From NCBI GenBank assembly GCA_964016885.1, contig CAXHJY010000518.1:62001-126000 (forward strand): DNA of 64,000 bases, written 5' to 3'. Position numbers and translations under genes: made by a program. Below the pieces are notes generated by a model, which was given only the letters and a program-made list of their open reading frames with translations, searched no databases and had not been told where the DNA came from. The stretch's first letter is position 1. Every line of letters begins with the position of its first letter. This stretch comes from Eledone cirrhosa. Its lineage: Eukaryota. This document shows, piece after piece, positions 25,886 to 38,815 of this stretch.

Positions 25886-28800
25886 TCAGGATTTGGGCAC
25901 CATGGCCCATTCGAGAAGAGAATTACTGTTTGCGGAGACATATCCGGGTGTGGGTGGTTTGTCCGGGATTACTTGGAGGAATTTGTCCAAAGACTTCTTG
26001 AATTTTGTGTGGTCAGTTTCTGTTTTGACGTGTCCTGGTGTGATGTTGAAGAGAGCAGGGCCGATTGAGGTGAAATAATTGTGCCGTATTGTTGTTATGA
26101 GTTGCGATTTAGATTTTTGAATGGGACGGATAGCACGGGGCCCAAGCCTTGGGTGTATCTTGAAGGCGATGCCAACATCATTTGGGCAGTGATGATGGAA
26201 CATTTTCCACATCATGCAGATAATATAACGCTCACGGCGACGTTGGAGTGAGTAAAGTTTCAGGTTTTCCAATCGACCCCAGTAGTCAAGGTCTGACATG
26301 CCATCTATCTTTTTCGTGATTGCCCTTTGAGGAGCTTCAAGTTTCATGATACTTTGTTTCGTGTGGGGAGACCACAGTGGACAACAGTATTCAAGGTGTG
26401 GTCGGGCGAAAGTAGAGAAGAGAAGGATAATGGTGCGGGAATCTCTCGACTGGAAGGTTCTGAGGATCCAGGAACACATTCTGCGGGCCATGTCAACTTT
26501 GCTGCTTATATGCGTGGTCCAGCTTATGTTGCTGTCCACGGTTACTCCCAAGTCTCTGATGTTGTTAGATGCCACGAGAGTTTCCCCGGAGGGAAGGGAG
26601 TACGGGAGTTTCAGAGCATCCTCTTTTCCAAAGTGGATCAGTTCGAATTTGTCTTCGTTCAGTAACATGTTGTTCTTTTCTGCCCATTGGGTAACAGCCA
26701 GTAGGTCTGACTGAAGGCTTATCCGGTCATCCACGCCATTGATGACCTTTTGGAGCTTGGAATCATCAGCGAAAATTTTAATGTTGCTGTGTTTGATGAT
26801 GTCAGTGATGTCATTAATATAGATGATGAAGAGAAGTGGGCCCAACACAGTGCCTTGTGGGACTCCACTACTGACTTTGGCTGGGCTTGATTTGACTCCC
26901 TCAACTACAACATGTTGGGTTCTGTTTGACAGGAAGCTCTTGATCCACTGCAGCAGCTTTCCAGTGACACCAATATTGGACAGCTTTCTCAGTAGAATGT
27001 TATGATCAACCCTGTCAAAGGCCTTGCTGAAATCAAGGTAGATAACATCAGTGTTGGAACCCTCTCCCAAGGCTCTCAAAATGTCATCAAAGTGATGCAG
27101 TAGTTGCGTCAGGCAATCCCTTCCATTACGGAATCCATGCTGGTTGGAGTTCAGCATATTGTTACTCTCAAGGAAGTGGGTCATTCGCGATCTCACCACT
27201 CGCTCAAATACCTTAATGATATGAGAGGTGAGTGAGATTGGACGGTAATTCACGGCAAGGGATTTGTTTCCCTTTTTGAAAACTGGGACAACAGACTGGG
27301 ATAGAAGGTTTTCTGGCACATATCCAGCATCCAGTGAGTTCCGCCACAGATTGGCAAGAGGAGAAGCAAGTTGGTGTTGACACGCCTTCAAGACACAAGC
27401 AGGGAACCTATCGGGACCTACTGCTGAATTATGCTTGATTTCCTTTATTGCCGCCAAGACATCAGGGGCGCCAAACGTTATGTCCGATAAGGTGTAATGG
27501 GGAGTAACATCGCCGATACAGCCCAGATCGGCCATATCAGGATTGCTGAAAACAGAGCAGTATTGTTTCTGCAGTATCTCACCCATGGTTTTAGCATTGT
27601 CTTGAAGAGTGCCATTTTCATCAATTAGAGGGCCAACAGTAGAGCCAGTGATTTTGTGTTTTTTTGCAAATGAAAAGAACACTTTGGGATTGAGTTTGAT
27701 CTTCTCAATGGCCCAGGCCTCTTCAGCTCTTCTCTGATTGTTGATGAGGGACATTATGTTGTTTTGGAGGTTATGTTTTTTAATCTCTAGTGATGAAATG
27801 GCAGTCAAGTTGATGTGTTGCTGCTGACAGTATTTCAGATTGTTGATTTTTTTGTTCGTTCTCTTAATTTTTCTGATGAGCGTTTTTCTATTTCTAGGGA
27901 TTCTGCTCTTAGATTTGTTTATAGTTCTTAATGGGGTGTGTTTAGCACATATGTTTGTAACAGTGTCCACAAATGTCTGCCAGGACTTTTTGATGTTAGT
28001 GGGTGTATGAGTGTGCGTGAAGGACCAGTCGACATGTGCAAGATCATGACTGATCGCTTCCCAGTTTGCATTGTGGAAATCCATAGCGTCAAACGGATGG
28101 ACAGGAGAAATGACATTGGGTTTGTATATTGGACGGTGGAATCTCAGATCACAGAGAACCATGTCATGATCAGAGAGTAGAGTTTTCTCCACTGCAATAT
28201 TGTGGATATTGTCAGTGTGATTGCTGAAAATTAAGTCTAGGACGTTTTTGTGGCACCTCGTTGGTTCGAGCACTAGTTGGGATAGGAAGAAATCATCCAT
28301 GAAGTCAAGAAGCGATTCCACAGCTTCCCTGTCAGAGGTTGAGGCAGAAGAACCTGGTGGCAGGGTGTTTGTGGACCAGTCAACTCCGGGGAGGTTGAAG
28401 TCCCCCATCATTAAGATGTTGTCAGGGTGACACTCTTGGATGAAACACTTTATGCTGTTGAGGCATTCCTTGAAGCATGGTACAGGCGTTTGGGGTGGCC
28501 TATAGAGCCCAACTACTAATAGGTTGTTGGTTTGACTGAATACAGTGACTGCCTCACAGTATCCATTAGTGAATATGTTCATAGCCTCTGTTGAGAAAGA
28601 ATTATGGACATAAATGGCAGTTCCGCCCTTTCTTCTGCCAGCGCGATCAGCACGGATGGCTTTGAAATTTTTCACTTTCACCTCGGCTTCCAAGTGGAGG
28701 TTACTGAGATGGGTTTCAGTGAGGACGAAGAAAGGGATGTGGTTTGGATGGACATCAATCCAGTCCTCCAGGAATTTGATCTTCCATTTTTGAGTATTGG

Positions 28801-28906
28801 TGGAAGGGCTGATGCCTTGGGCGTTAAGCAAAAATGTAGAGGCGAGAGTGGATGGTTTTAATTGTTTTGGTGTGTTGTTAATTTGTTTGTTTGTTAATGG
28901 CAGCAA
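25886..28906 (-). CDS. LINE ORF2: APE endonuclease plus reverse transcriptase (no ATG before the endonuclease)
   Basis: APE motifs are LNAQG, LTETHL, GLYRPP, MGDFN, LDLIF and SDH. RT motifs are [20 protein letters not shown] and FADD. The frame is open for 1006 aa, its annotated start codon is TTG, and it stays open upstream to 29023. Confidence 0.93.
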   Translation of the reverse strand: MLPLTNKQINNTPKQLKPSTLASTFLLNAQGISPSTNTQKWKIKFLEDWIDVHPNHIPFFVLTETHLSNLHLEAEVKVKNFKAIRADRAGRRKGGTAIYVHNSFSTEAMNIFTNGYCEAVTVFSQTNNLLVVGLYRPPQTPVPCFKECLNSIKCFIQECHPDNILMMGDFNLPGVDWSTNTLPPGSSASTSDREAVESLLDFMDDFFLSQLVLEPTRCHKNVLDLIFSNHTDNIHNIAVEKTLLSDHDMVLCDLRFHRPIYKPNVISPVHPFDAMDFHNANWEAISHDLAHVDWSFTHTHTPTNIKKSWQTFVDTVTNICAKHTPLRTINKSKSRIPRNRKTLIRKIKRTNKKINNLKYCQQQHINLTAISSLEIKKHNLQNNIMSLINNQRRAEEAWAIEKIKLNPKVFFSFAKKHKITGSTVGPLIDENGTLQDNAKTMGEILQKQYCSVFSNPDMADLGCIGDVTPHYTLSDITFGAPDVLAAIKEIKHNSAVGPDRFPACVLKACQHQLASPLANLWRNSLDAGYVPENLLSQSVVPVFKKGNKSLAVNYRPISLTSHIIKVFERVVRSRMTHFLESNNMLNSNQHGFRNGRDCLTQLLHHFDDILRALGEGSNTDVIYLDFSKAFDRVDHNILLRKLSNIGVTGKLLQWIKSFLSNRTQHVVVEGVKSSPAKVSSGVPQGTVLGPLLFIIYINDITDIIKHSNIKIFADDSKLQKVINGVDDRISLQSDLLAVTQWAEKNNMLLNEDKFELIHFGKEDALKLPYSLPSGETLVASNNIRDLGVTVDSNISWTTHISSKVDMARRMCSWILRTFQSRDSRTIILLFSTFARPHLEYCCPLWSPHTKQSIMKLEAPQRAITKKIDGMSDLDYWGRLENLKLYSLQRRRERYIICMMWKMFHHHCPNDVGIAFKIHPRLGPRAIRPIQKSKSQLITTIRHNYFTSIGPALFNITPGHVKTETDHTKFKKSLDKFLQVIPDKPPTPGYVSANSNSLLEWAMVPKS

Positions 28907-30045
28907 TGGGAGTTTGTGCAGTGGGGTGATAGTGGAGGGTGGTGCTGGGTGATAGCTCGAATGTTTTTTTCCAGTTCTTTTGCCAGATTCATTATGGCTA
29001 AAAAAGAGGAAGAAGTTTCCTGTTTAGAAGACTGTTGGTGACTGTGGTAGTGGTTATTTTTATGTAGGTTATGGTTTTTGTTTTTGCTTTTATTTTTAAT
29101 TTTATTTTCATTTATCCGACGGGTCCCCGGGAGATGGGTAAAGGGACAATCCCGGTCTAAACACAATCTGTCTCGCAGGGAAAAACGGCAGATTTGTGGA
29201 TTCCTTGTTTGAGTTATTGGTGGTTGTGTTGGTGTTAAATTAGAGTATGTATTATGGTGGTGGCTGTTTGTGGGGATAGATCGTTTTGTCCTAGGTAAAT
29301 GGGTGAATTTGCAGCCACTATCCGTACATATTCTATAGCGTAGAGAGTAGCGGCAAATGATGGGGTTTCGAGTGGGTGGGTATATGGGTGTGGGTGTTGT
29401 GAGAGGTGTAGATGATGGTTTGGGTAGGATTTGACGACCTTTGTGGACTGTGGGAGGGAGAGTTCTTGTTCTGGTATTAGAAGGTAAATTCCTTGACATA
29501 GCAGTAGACAAAAATGTTGTAGTAGTAGTAGTAGTAGTAGGCAGAGATGTTGGCAGTGGTGATGATTGGACTGCTGGGCCAGAGAAAGGATGTGGCGTTT
29601 CATGCCGTGAGACAGAGGCTACTGGGGGGTCAATAGTTTCATTTAGTAGATCGGCCATTGTTGATGAATCAAGGAGTGGTTCACACTGTTGTTGTTGCTG
29701 TTGTTGATGTTGTTGTTGTAGCTGTTGTTGTTGTAGCTGTTGTTGTTGTTGCTGTTGTAGCTGCTGTTGTTGTTGTTGCTGCTGCTGGACAGCATTCGAA
29801 GAGAAAACACACCGTAGTTTATCCAAATGTTTATTGATTAATTTAAAAGCAATTTCGATTTGCTTTAATTTATTTTGAATCTGTTGTTCAGATCGAGTTT
29901 TCAAAAATTGAACTGTACGTTTAGCAATGTCGTTCAGAGATGAAGCATCTATATTTTCTGTTTGGGAAAGGCAATGCCATGTGTTTATTAGAATGTCGAT
30001 TTCATTATCAGACCAGTTCTGTTTGGATTTTTGCTGGTTAGCCAT
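28894..30045 (-). CDS. LINE ORF1: Myb/SANT-like N-terminus, polyQ, two CCCH zinc fingers
   Basis: ATG-initiated 383-aa ORF directly upstream of ORF2. Motifs are WSDNEIDILINTW...RSEQQIQNKLKQI, CRYSLRYRICTDSGCKFTH and CRFSLRDRLCLDRDCPFTH. Confidence 0.85.
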   Translation of the reverse strand: MANQQKSKQNWSDNEIDILINTWHCLSQTENIDASSLNDIAKRTVQFLKTRSEQQIQNKLKQIEIAFKLINKHLDKLRCVFSSNAVQQQQQQQQQLQQQQQQQLQQQQLQQQHQQQQQQQCEPLLDSSTMADLLNETIDPPVASVSRHETPHPFSGPAVQSSPLPTSLPTTTTTTTTFLSTAMSRNLPSNTRTRTLPPTVHKGRQILPKPSSTPLTTPTPIYPPTRNPIICRYSLRYRICTDSGCKFTHLPRTKRSIPTNSHHHNTYSNLTPTQPPITQTRNPQICRFSLRDRLCLDRDCPFTHLPGTRRINENKIKNKSKNKNHNLHKNNHYHSHQQSSKQETSSSFLAIMNLAKELEKNIRAITQHHPPLSPHCTNSHCCH

Positions 30046-30522
30046 TCTAGTTTTGAGTGTGTGTGTGTTTTAGTTAAGTATTTCAATATATATATATTTT
30101 TTTTTTAAATTTATTTTTGATTTATTTTTGTTTTTTGTTTTTCTTGTGTGTGAGTGAGAAGCGTATATATATAAATATGAGTATATATATATATATATAT
30201 GTATATTCTGGTTATTTGAAATTAATTAAGTTAATGAAAAGACGAAAGTATATAATAATAATTTGTAGTTAAAGGAAAATGTACTCACAAGTTCGTGTGT
30301 GTGTGTTTTAGTTAAGTATTTCAATATATATATATTTTTTTTAAATTTATTTTTGTTTTTTGTTTTTCTTGTGTGTGAGTGAGAAGCGTATATATATAAA
30401 TATGAGTATATATATATATATATATGTATATTCTGGTTATTTGAAATTAATGAAAAGACGAAAGTATATAATAATAATTTGTAGTTAAAGGAAAATGTAC
30501 TCACAAGTTCGAAAACACGTGG

Positions 30523-30675
30523 TTTCAAATATATAATAATATAGATGTATGAAAAATGTATTAACCGGTCAATTTTCAAATATATAATAATATAGATGTA
30601 TGAAAAATGTATTAACCGGTCAATTTTCAAATATATAATAATATAGATGTATGAAAATGTATTAACCGGTCAATT
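30523..30675. repeat. About 51 bp x3 tandem repeat in the LINE 5' UTR (plus a duplication of about 240 bp at 30055-30510)
   Basis: tttcaaatatataataatatagatgtatgaaaaatgtattaaccggtcaat is repeated. Confidence 0.85.
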
Positions 30676-30791
30676 TTTGTTTGTTTGGTTTTGTCTTGTG
30701 GTTTTGTTTTGTGGCTGTGTGACTTGCTGCTTACTCGGGGAGAGAAGTAAAAACACGTCCTTATACTTCAACTGCTCAACTGCTATATATC

Positions 30792-30824
<33 letters not shown>

Positions 30825-30825
30825 C

Positions 30826-30891
<66 letters not shown>

Positions 30892-30895
30892 TATG

Positions 30896-30933
<38 letters not shown>

Positions 30934-30961
30934 TATGTATATATATATATACATATATATG

Positions 30962-30999
<38 letters not shown>

Positions 31000-31043
31000 T
31001 ATGTATATATATATATACATATATATATGTATATATATATACA

Positions 31044-31983
31044 TAGAGAATAAATTCCAAACCTGGAAGCAGGGACTAGAGAGAAAGGGCCTCAAAGTCA
31101 ACATGACAAAGAATAAGGTCCTTATAAGTAGACGAGAAAACAGAACCCAGATCCCCTCAGGGAAATGGCCTTGCTCAGTATGTAGGAAAGGTGTAGGTAG
31201 GAACTCCATTCTCTGCCCCAAATGCAAACAATGGGTACACAAGAGATGTAGCGGGATCTCAGGAAGCTTAATTAAGAATGTAGGATTCACATGCAGCAGC
31301 TGTGCTGAAACAGCAAGCAAACAGCCACAGGAAACAAGTACCACCAATCTCTGGGAGGGCCCTGTAGAAACAGTAGACAGCTTCTGCTACCTAGGTGACC
31401 GAATTAGCAACGGAGGTGGGTGCTCAGAAAGTACAATAACTAGGGTAAGAACGGGATGGAAGAAGTTTAGGGAACTACTACCACTGCTAGCTGCAAAAGG
31501 CTTCTCCCTCAGAATGAAAGGCAGACTGTATGATGCGTGTATCCGAACAGCGATGTTGCATGGTAGTGAGACCTGGGCGCTGAAGGTGGAAGACTTACGT
31601 AGATTAGAGAGAAACGAAGCCTGCATGCTCCGATGGATGTGTAACAGTAATATACGTGAACGACAAAGCATAAAGGAATTGAGAGAGAGACTGAGCATAA
31701 GAGGAATCAAATGCTGCGTGGTCGTGGAGGTGCCACGGCAAAAAAGCACCCAGCCCACACTGTAAAGTGGACGTCTAGGCGCCACGAAAAAGCACCCAGC
31801 ACTCACTGTAAATGAGGTTGGTGTTAGGAAGGGCATCCAGCTGTAGAAATCAAGCCAGATCAGTTCCTGTATGAGCAAGGCATGGTCAGCCGACCAGACA
31901 CTGCCCACAACAGGACAACCCGTCTAACCCATGCTAGCGTGGAAGAACGGACGTAAAACGGTGATGATGATGATGATGATGAT
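31044..31983 (+). mobile_element. RTE family A 3' fragment with an internal deletion of about 285 bp
   Basis: Near-identical to 49158-49833 joined to about 50117-50378, with a (GAT)n tail. Confidence 0.92.
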
Positions 31984-32039
31984 ATATATATGTATATATA
32001 TATACATATATATATACACATATATATATACAGACATGT

Positions 32040-35000
32040 ATATTGATTCTACCCTATTGGACCTAAAAAAGTCTAAAAAAATCCATGTCCACTCGGACAA
32101 AACTGGAAACTTATATCACATGGATATTGAAAATTATAATGAGTTCATATATAAAGAACTCAGGAAAAATTATAGAAAAACTAATAATGCGTCACTCACC
32201 AACATCAACAACAAAACACACAGCATAGTGAATAGACTTAATATTGAAGATAGAACTGAACCTTTGGCATTGAAAAGACCACACTTCAACCTGAAAGATC
32301 ATAAATCAAACTTTAACTCAAATCCTTCTATAAGACTTATATGTCCCTCCAAATCTGATATTGGAATAATTAGCAAAAAAATTTTGGATAGAGTCATCCC
32401 ACAAATAAGAAAACATGTTAATTTACCACTCTGGGAAAACACTTCCCAGGTAATTAACTGGTTTAAAAATATTAGATGTAAATCTTCTGCTTCATTTCTA
32501 CAATTTGATATAGATAGTTACTATTCTTCTATATCACCTATACTCCTGAACAAAGCTTTGATATTTGCTAAAAATAGATCTAACTTAACTTTGGATTACA
32601 TTAATATTATTACACATGCTAGACTAACACTTATTGAATTTCAGAATGAATACTGGACCAGAAACACATATAGTAATCTATTTGATATTACTATGGGTTC
32701 AAGCGATTCTGCCCAAATTACTGATCTTGTGGGCCTCTTTCTTCTTTTTAACATAAATGCTTCCTTTCCCCACCTTAAAGGTGGTTTATATCGTGGTGAC
32801 TGTCTTCTTCTTTCCAACAACCTTAGTCTCTCAGAAATAGAAAAAAACTAAAAGCTTATTAGAACTTTCCTTAAAGACTATTATAGTCTTCATATTACTT
32901 TTGAAAACACAAGTAAAGTAGTTAATTTCCTAGATATAACTTGAGACTTAGCTACGGGTATCTACCAACCTTACCATAAACCCAACCAAAACTTACACTA
33001 CATACACTCACAATCTAATCACCCTAAATCTATCCTTAAAAACCTTGCATATAATATATCACTTAGAATTTCTAACCTTTCGTCTAACCAAGATGTATTT
33101 GATAAAAATGCGACCATCTATAACGAAGCTCTAGATAGAAGTGGCCACAAAAATAGATTGGAATATATACCTTCTACTAATAACACTATAAACATACAAC
33201 CTAACATTACCAACAAACACCAAATGAAAAGTACACACCTAAATGCCACTCACACTATACCCCAAAATACCAACATAAAACCAAATTTCTCTAATTCCTC
33301 TAATATAAAGTATAGTAACTCTCAAAAAACTACTCATCATACAACTCTAATAAATGTTAATAATAAAACTCCTAATAAACAAGCTAAAACACCTAAATCA
33401 ATAAATCTAACTAAAAATGTGCGTGGTGAGGTCATTAACATTAATCCTCCTAGTAAACATCACGATGCATCCTATAAAAACAATAAACAACATAGAAACC
33501 GTAATAGACGAGTTACTTGGTATAATGCTCCATTTAATTTACAAATTAAGGATAATATACCTAAAAAAATTTTTAATATCCTAGAGAAAAACTTCCCGCC
33601 AAACCACATATACCATCAAATCTTAAATAGATCAACAGTTAAATTCTCATACTCAACAACCAAAAACATAAAACAAAATATAAGTGCCTATAATGCATAT
33701 AAATGTAAAAAAACCATAAGTATACCACCAATACATCAAACTAACCATAATATCTCTTCAAATACAGAATTAACGAAAGGTTGTAACTGTAGAAACAAAG
33801 CAAACTGCCCATTAAAAGGAAATTGTCTTGTTAACAACATAGTTTATAAATGTAAAGTTAAAACTAAAGATTCTATTTGCTCATATATAGGAGCTACTTC
33901 TAACAATTTTAAGGTAAGGTTTAATACCCACAAACATAGTTTTTAAAATGCCGCACTGGCTAATACAACATCTCTAGCAGAAAAAATTAATAGTTATAGA
34001 AATAAGAATATAGAATATGATATGACCTGGAGTGTGCTCAAAAGAGCCACCCCTTATCAAAATAATAGAAATGAATGTAGATTGTGTTCCCAAGAACTAT
34101 TTGAAATAATGAAATCTAAGGATATCCTATTAAATAAGCGACAGGAATTAATTATATCGTGTAATCATAAACTGAGAAAAACATTTAAATATTATAAACC
34201 TAATTAATAATATAATATATAAATTAATTTAAATGTAGTTAACCTATAATTTTAATTTAATTAAAATTCTACTACAGATGAAATTAAAAAATATTGTGTA
34301 ATCATAAACTGTGAAAAACTTTTAAATATTATTAACATAATTAATATATACTTTGGAAATTAATATATAGATTAATTTTAGTTTATTTAACCTTTTATTA
34401 AAATTCCTTTACAGATGAAATATAACAAAATATCGTGTAATCAATAACAGAGAAATACTTTTTAATATTATAAACCTAATTAATATACAATTTAGAAATT
34501 AATTCATGAAATTAATTTTAATTTAGTTAACCTATAATTTTAATTTAGTTAGCTTAAAATTAAAATTCTAATACAGATGGATTGCAGAATATCATGTAAT
34601 CATAAACTGAGAAAAACTTTTAAATATATACCTAATTAATATATTCTTTACAAATAAATATATAGATTAATTTTAATTTAGTTAACCTATAATTATATTC
34701 TACTATAGATAAAATACAAAAATTTGCTTTAATTATTATAAACCTAATTAACATATACTATAGAAATTAATATATAATTTTTAATTTAGTTAACCTATAA
34801 TTAATATTCTACTACCGATGAAATACTTGATTTGGCTTTCCTTATTACAAAATTCATTTCCTAAAATTGATACCATCATGTTAATATTTTTAATTTAGTT
34901 ATGCTATAATTAATACTCTACTACTGTTTAACTTCAAAATTCCGCTTTAAATATTATAAACCTAAGTAGTATACACCTTAGAAATTAATATATTAACTAT

Positions 35001-35321
35001 TTTTACTTTATTTAACCTATAATTAATAGTCTACTTATATTAAAATGCATAATTTAGCCTTCTTTCTTACAAATACCATTTCCTAATACTGACACTACTA
35101 TGTAAACACATTATGATTTAAATGCAGATTAATATTCTATGTTCCTTGAAACCTATATTTACTATTTCCCACTAATAATTTTAATCCCCCCCCCCCCCAT
35201 AATTATTCGTATTTGTAAGCGTGGATGTATGTATGTGTATGTTAGTATGTATGTACGTTTGTGTGTTTATATGTGAGTATAAAAATACATATGTGCACAT
35301 GTAAATAAGTGTGTATGAGTG

Positions 35322-35354
<33 letters not shown>

Positions 35355-35478
35355 GTGTATGTATGTGTATGTATATGTATTTGTAGAGATGTGTGTATGT
35401 ATGTGTATATATGTGCATAATTGTTTGACTGTGTATTTATTTATTTTTTTTATATATATGTATATATATATATGTGTG

Positions 35479-35510
<32 letters not shown>

Positions 35511-35660
35511 TGTGTGTGTATGTATGACTCTATATTTACGTATGTCTGAGTGTGTGGTTGTGTGTATATATACATGGGTATGTGTGTGTATGTATATATA
35601 CGTATATGTATGTGTGTGTGTGTATATATATATATGTGTGTATATAGATGTGTGTATGTA

Positions 35661-35711
<51 letters not shown>

Positions 35712-35779
35712 ATGTATGTGTGTATGTGTGTGTACATATATGTATATATGTGTGTTGTGCGTATGTGTATATATGTATA

Positions 35780-35832
<53 letters not shown>

Positions 35833-36210
35833 CGGTGTGTATTTATATGTATGAGTATATGTTTAACTTGATTTTATGTATATGCATACAAACAGGTTAA
35901 TATGCGTGAGGTTAAGTATGTGTATGTGTGTGTGTGTGTACGTATGTATGTATCGAACGTATGGATGTGTAAATGTGCGTATGTATATAAGCATGTATAT
36001 TTTATGTCTCTCTTTTATGTTTTTTTATGTTTATTATATTTCTTTTTATTTCTAAATTTATAGATACATTTTTATAAATATGCTGAGTCTGACACCCTCC
36101 TTAATTACTTACTCCCTTACCTCCTTTTAATTCTGCATCTAGATGTGTGTGTGGCCGTGTTTATGTGTGCGCCTCAATATCCATATAGTTATAATAATAA
36201 TATATACGTA

Positions 36211-36241
<31 letters not shown>

Positions 36242-36801
36242 GTGTGTGTTCGTAGGTATGTGTGTGTTTATGTATATATGCGTGTGTGTGTATGAATGTA
36301 TGTATATGTTCGTATATATGTGTGTATATATATATGTATATGTATGTATATTTTGTCTGTGGATTATAAACATACAGAGACATTAGCCCTGAATTTTTAT
36401 ATTTGCATACACTTTTTCGACATGCGTATGCATGTGAACATACATTTTTATGCATATCTGTGAACGAAGTTACTTGCATATGTACACACACCTAACTGTA
36501 TTTTCTTGATGAATTTTTATGTATTTCATTGGTCTATTTAAAATATGTTCCCAAACAGACCTGTAATTTTGAATTGTTGTTATTATCAATAAATATACTT
36601 CATTATTTCTGAAGACAGCATATATATGTGATGGTATGTATATTCTCTTTGATAGTTTGTATAATTTTGTACATAGATCTTTTGAATATGCATGCCAATT
36701 CTAACACATATATGTCCTAGAAACGATCGTTAAATAATGAACTTTTTTTGTTTAATATAAGGAACTGTTTCATTGTTTTATTCATTATTTTTTTAATATT
36801 T

Positions 36802-36805
<4 letters not shown>
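32040..36805 (+). mobile_element. AT-rich Naiad-like PLE (RT plus GIY-YIG, disrupted) with a microsatellite-rich 3' region of about 2.6 kb ending in a hammerhead
   Basis: Motifs are LKDHKSNFNSNPSIRLICPSKSDIG, FLQFDI..YY, FDITMGS, LYRGD (YRDD in the 59 kb copy), CNCRNKANCPLKGNCL..IVYKC, YIG and CRLCSQE. Stops lie at 32849, 32942 and 33944. Confidence 0.88.
36601..36739 (+). ncRNA. Hammerhead with a long helix II at the PLE 3' terminus
   Basis: CATTATTT CTGAAGA [about 105-nt stem] GAAA CGATCG TT AAATAATG. Helix I is a perfect 8 bp. Confidence 0.78.
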
Positions 36806-36832
<27 letters not shown>

Positions 36833-36833
36833 G

Positions 36834-36916
<83 letters not shown>

Positions 36917-36929
36917 GTATATATATATG

Positions 36930-36962
<33 letters not shown>

Positions 36963-36992
36963 GTATATATATATGTATATATATATATATGG

Positions 36993-37403
36993 ATCATCAT
37001 CATCATCATCAACGTTTAACGTCCGTGTTCCACGCTTGCATGGGTTTGGACGGGGGTTTTCCCACTTGAGGCAAGAGTGGTTGTCTTGCTCGCATAGGAC
37101 TGTCTGGCAGGTTTTCTACAGTTGGATGCCCTTCCTAACACCAACCACATTTACAGTGTGGGTCTGGGAGGTTTTCACCGTGTTGCCTACATGGCCACAT
37201 TACAGCGTGGACTGTGTGTTTTTTTGTCGTGACACCTACACGATCTCATTTGTTTCGGCCTGGATGGTGTGGCACCAACATAACTTTACATAGAAGGGGG
37301 CGGTGTGGATGGGGTGGGGGTGGTGGGACGGGGGTGTATTTTGTTAGAGATGCCTACTGATCGTAGTAGGTTTTACTTTGTATTTAGGTAAGGCGGGTCT
37401 TCT
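36993..37403 (-). mobile_element. RTE family B 3' fragment
   Basis: Homologous to 24371-24780, with an (ATC)n tail. Confidence 0.88.
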
Positions 37404-37428
37404 CTATATGTATATATATATATGTATA

Positions 37429-37471
<43 letters not shown>

Positions 37472-37568
37472 TTATTAAAATAACAGATTTATTATTATTA
37501 TTATTATTATATTTATTATTATTATTACTATATATATGTATATATATACATGTATATATATATATGTA

Positions 37569-37612
<44 letters not shown>

Positions 37613-37920
37613 TATATATATATGTATATATATATGTATATGTATATGTATATATATATGTATATGTATATATATATGTATATGTATATATATATATGTA
37701 TATGTATATATATATGTATATATATATATGTATATATATGTATATATGTATATGTATATATATGTATATATGTATATGTATATATATATGTATATGTATA
37801 TGTATATATGTATGTATATGTATATATATATGTATATGTATATATATATGTATGTATATATATATGTATATGTATATATATATGTATATATATATATATA
37901 TGTATATGTATATATATATG

Positions 37921-37953
<33 letters not shown>

Positions 37954-37966
37954 GTATATATATATG

Positions 37967-37999
<33 letters not shown>

Positions 38000-38072
38000 G
38001 TATATATGTATATATATATATATGTATATATATGTATATATATGTATATATGTATATATATGTATATATATG

Positions 38073-38125
<53 letters not shown>

Positions 38126-38132
38126 CTATATG

Positions 38133-38187
<55 letters not shown>

Positions 38188-38744
38188 GTATATATATGTA
38201 TATATATGTATATATATGTATATATATGTATATATATGTATATATATGTATATATATGTATATATATGTATATATATGTATATATATATGTATATATATA
38301 TATATATATGTATATATATGTATATATATGTATATATATGTATATATATGTATATATATGTATATATATGTATATATATGTATATATATGTATATATATG
38401 TATATATATATATATGTATATATATGTATATATATATATATGTATATATATGTATATATATATATATATGTATGTATATGTATGTATATATATGTATATA
38501 TATGTATATATATGTATGTATATGTATGTATATATATGTATATATATGTATATATATGTATATATATATATGTATATATATATGTATATATATATGTATA
38601 TATATATATGTATATATATATATGTATATATATATATGTATATATATATGTATATATATATATGTATATATATATATGTATATATATATATGTATATATA
38701 TATATGTATATATATATATGTATATATATATATGTATATATATG

Positions 38745-38810
<66 letters not shown>
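37404..38810. repeat. Degenerate (TA)n array with a short (TTA)n run
   Basis: Read directly from the sequence. Confidence 0.93.

Positions 38811-38815
<5 letters not shown>

Larger units (their letters stand above)
25800..30784 (-). mobile_element. Full-length, apparently intact CR1/L2-group non-LTR retrotransposon (family A)
   Basis: It has a 5' UTR with internal tandem repeats, ORF1, ORF2 (APE plus RT) and the 3' tail (TTCAAAGTTA)x2, with (TA)n on both flanks. Confidence 0.93.

Noticed and set aside
30523-30675. CRISPR-like regular repeats
   Set aside because: These are head-to-tail repeats without unique spacers, in a eukaryotic LINE 5' UTR, with no cas genes.
32942-32944. In-frame TGA as a possible selenocysteine codon in the Naiad-like PLE
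   Set aside because: The paralogous copy has TTA (Leu) at this FLDITL position, so it is a private nonsense mutation.
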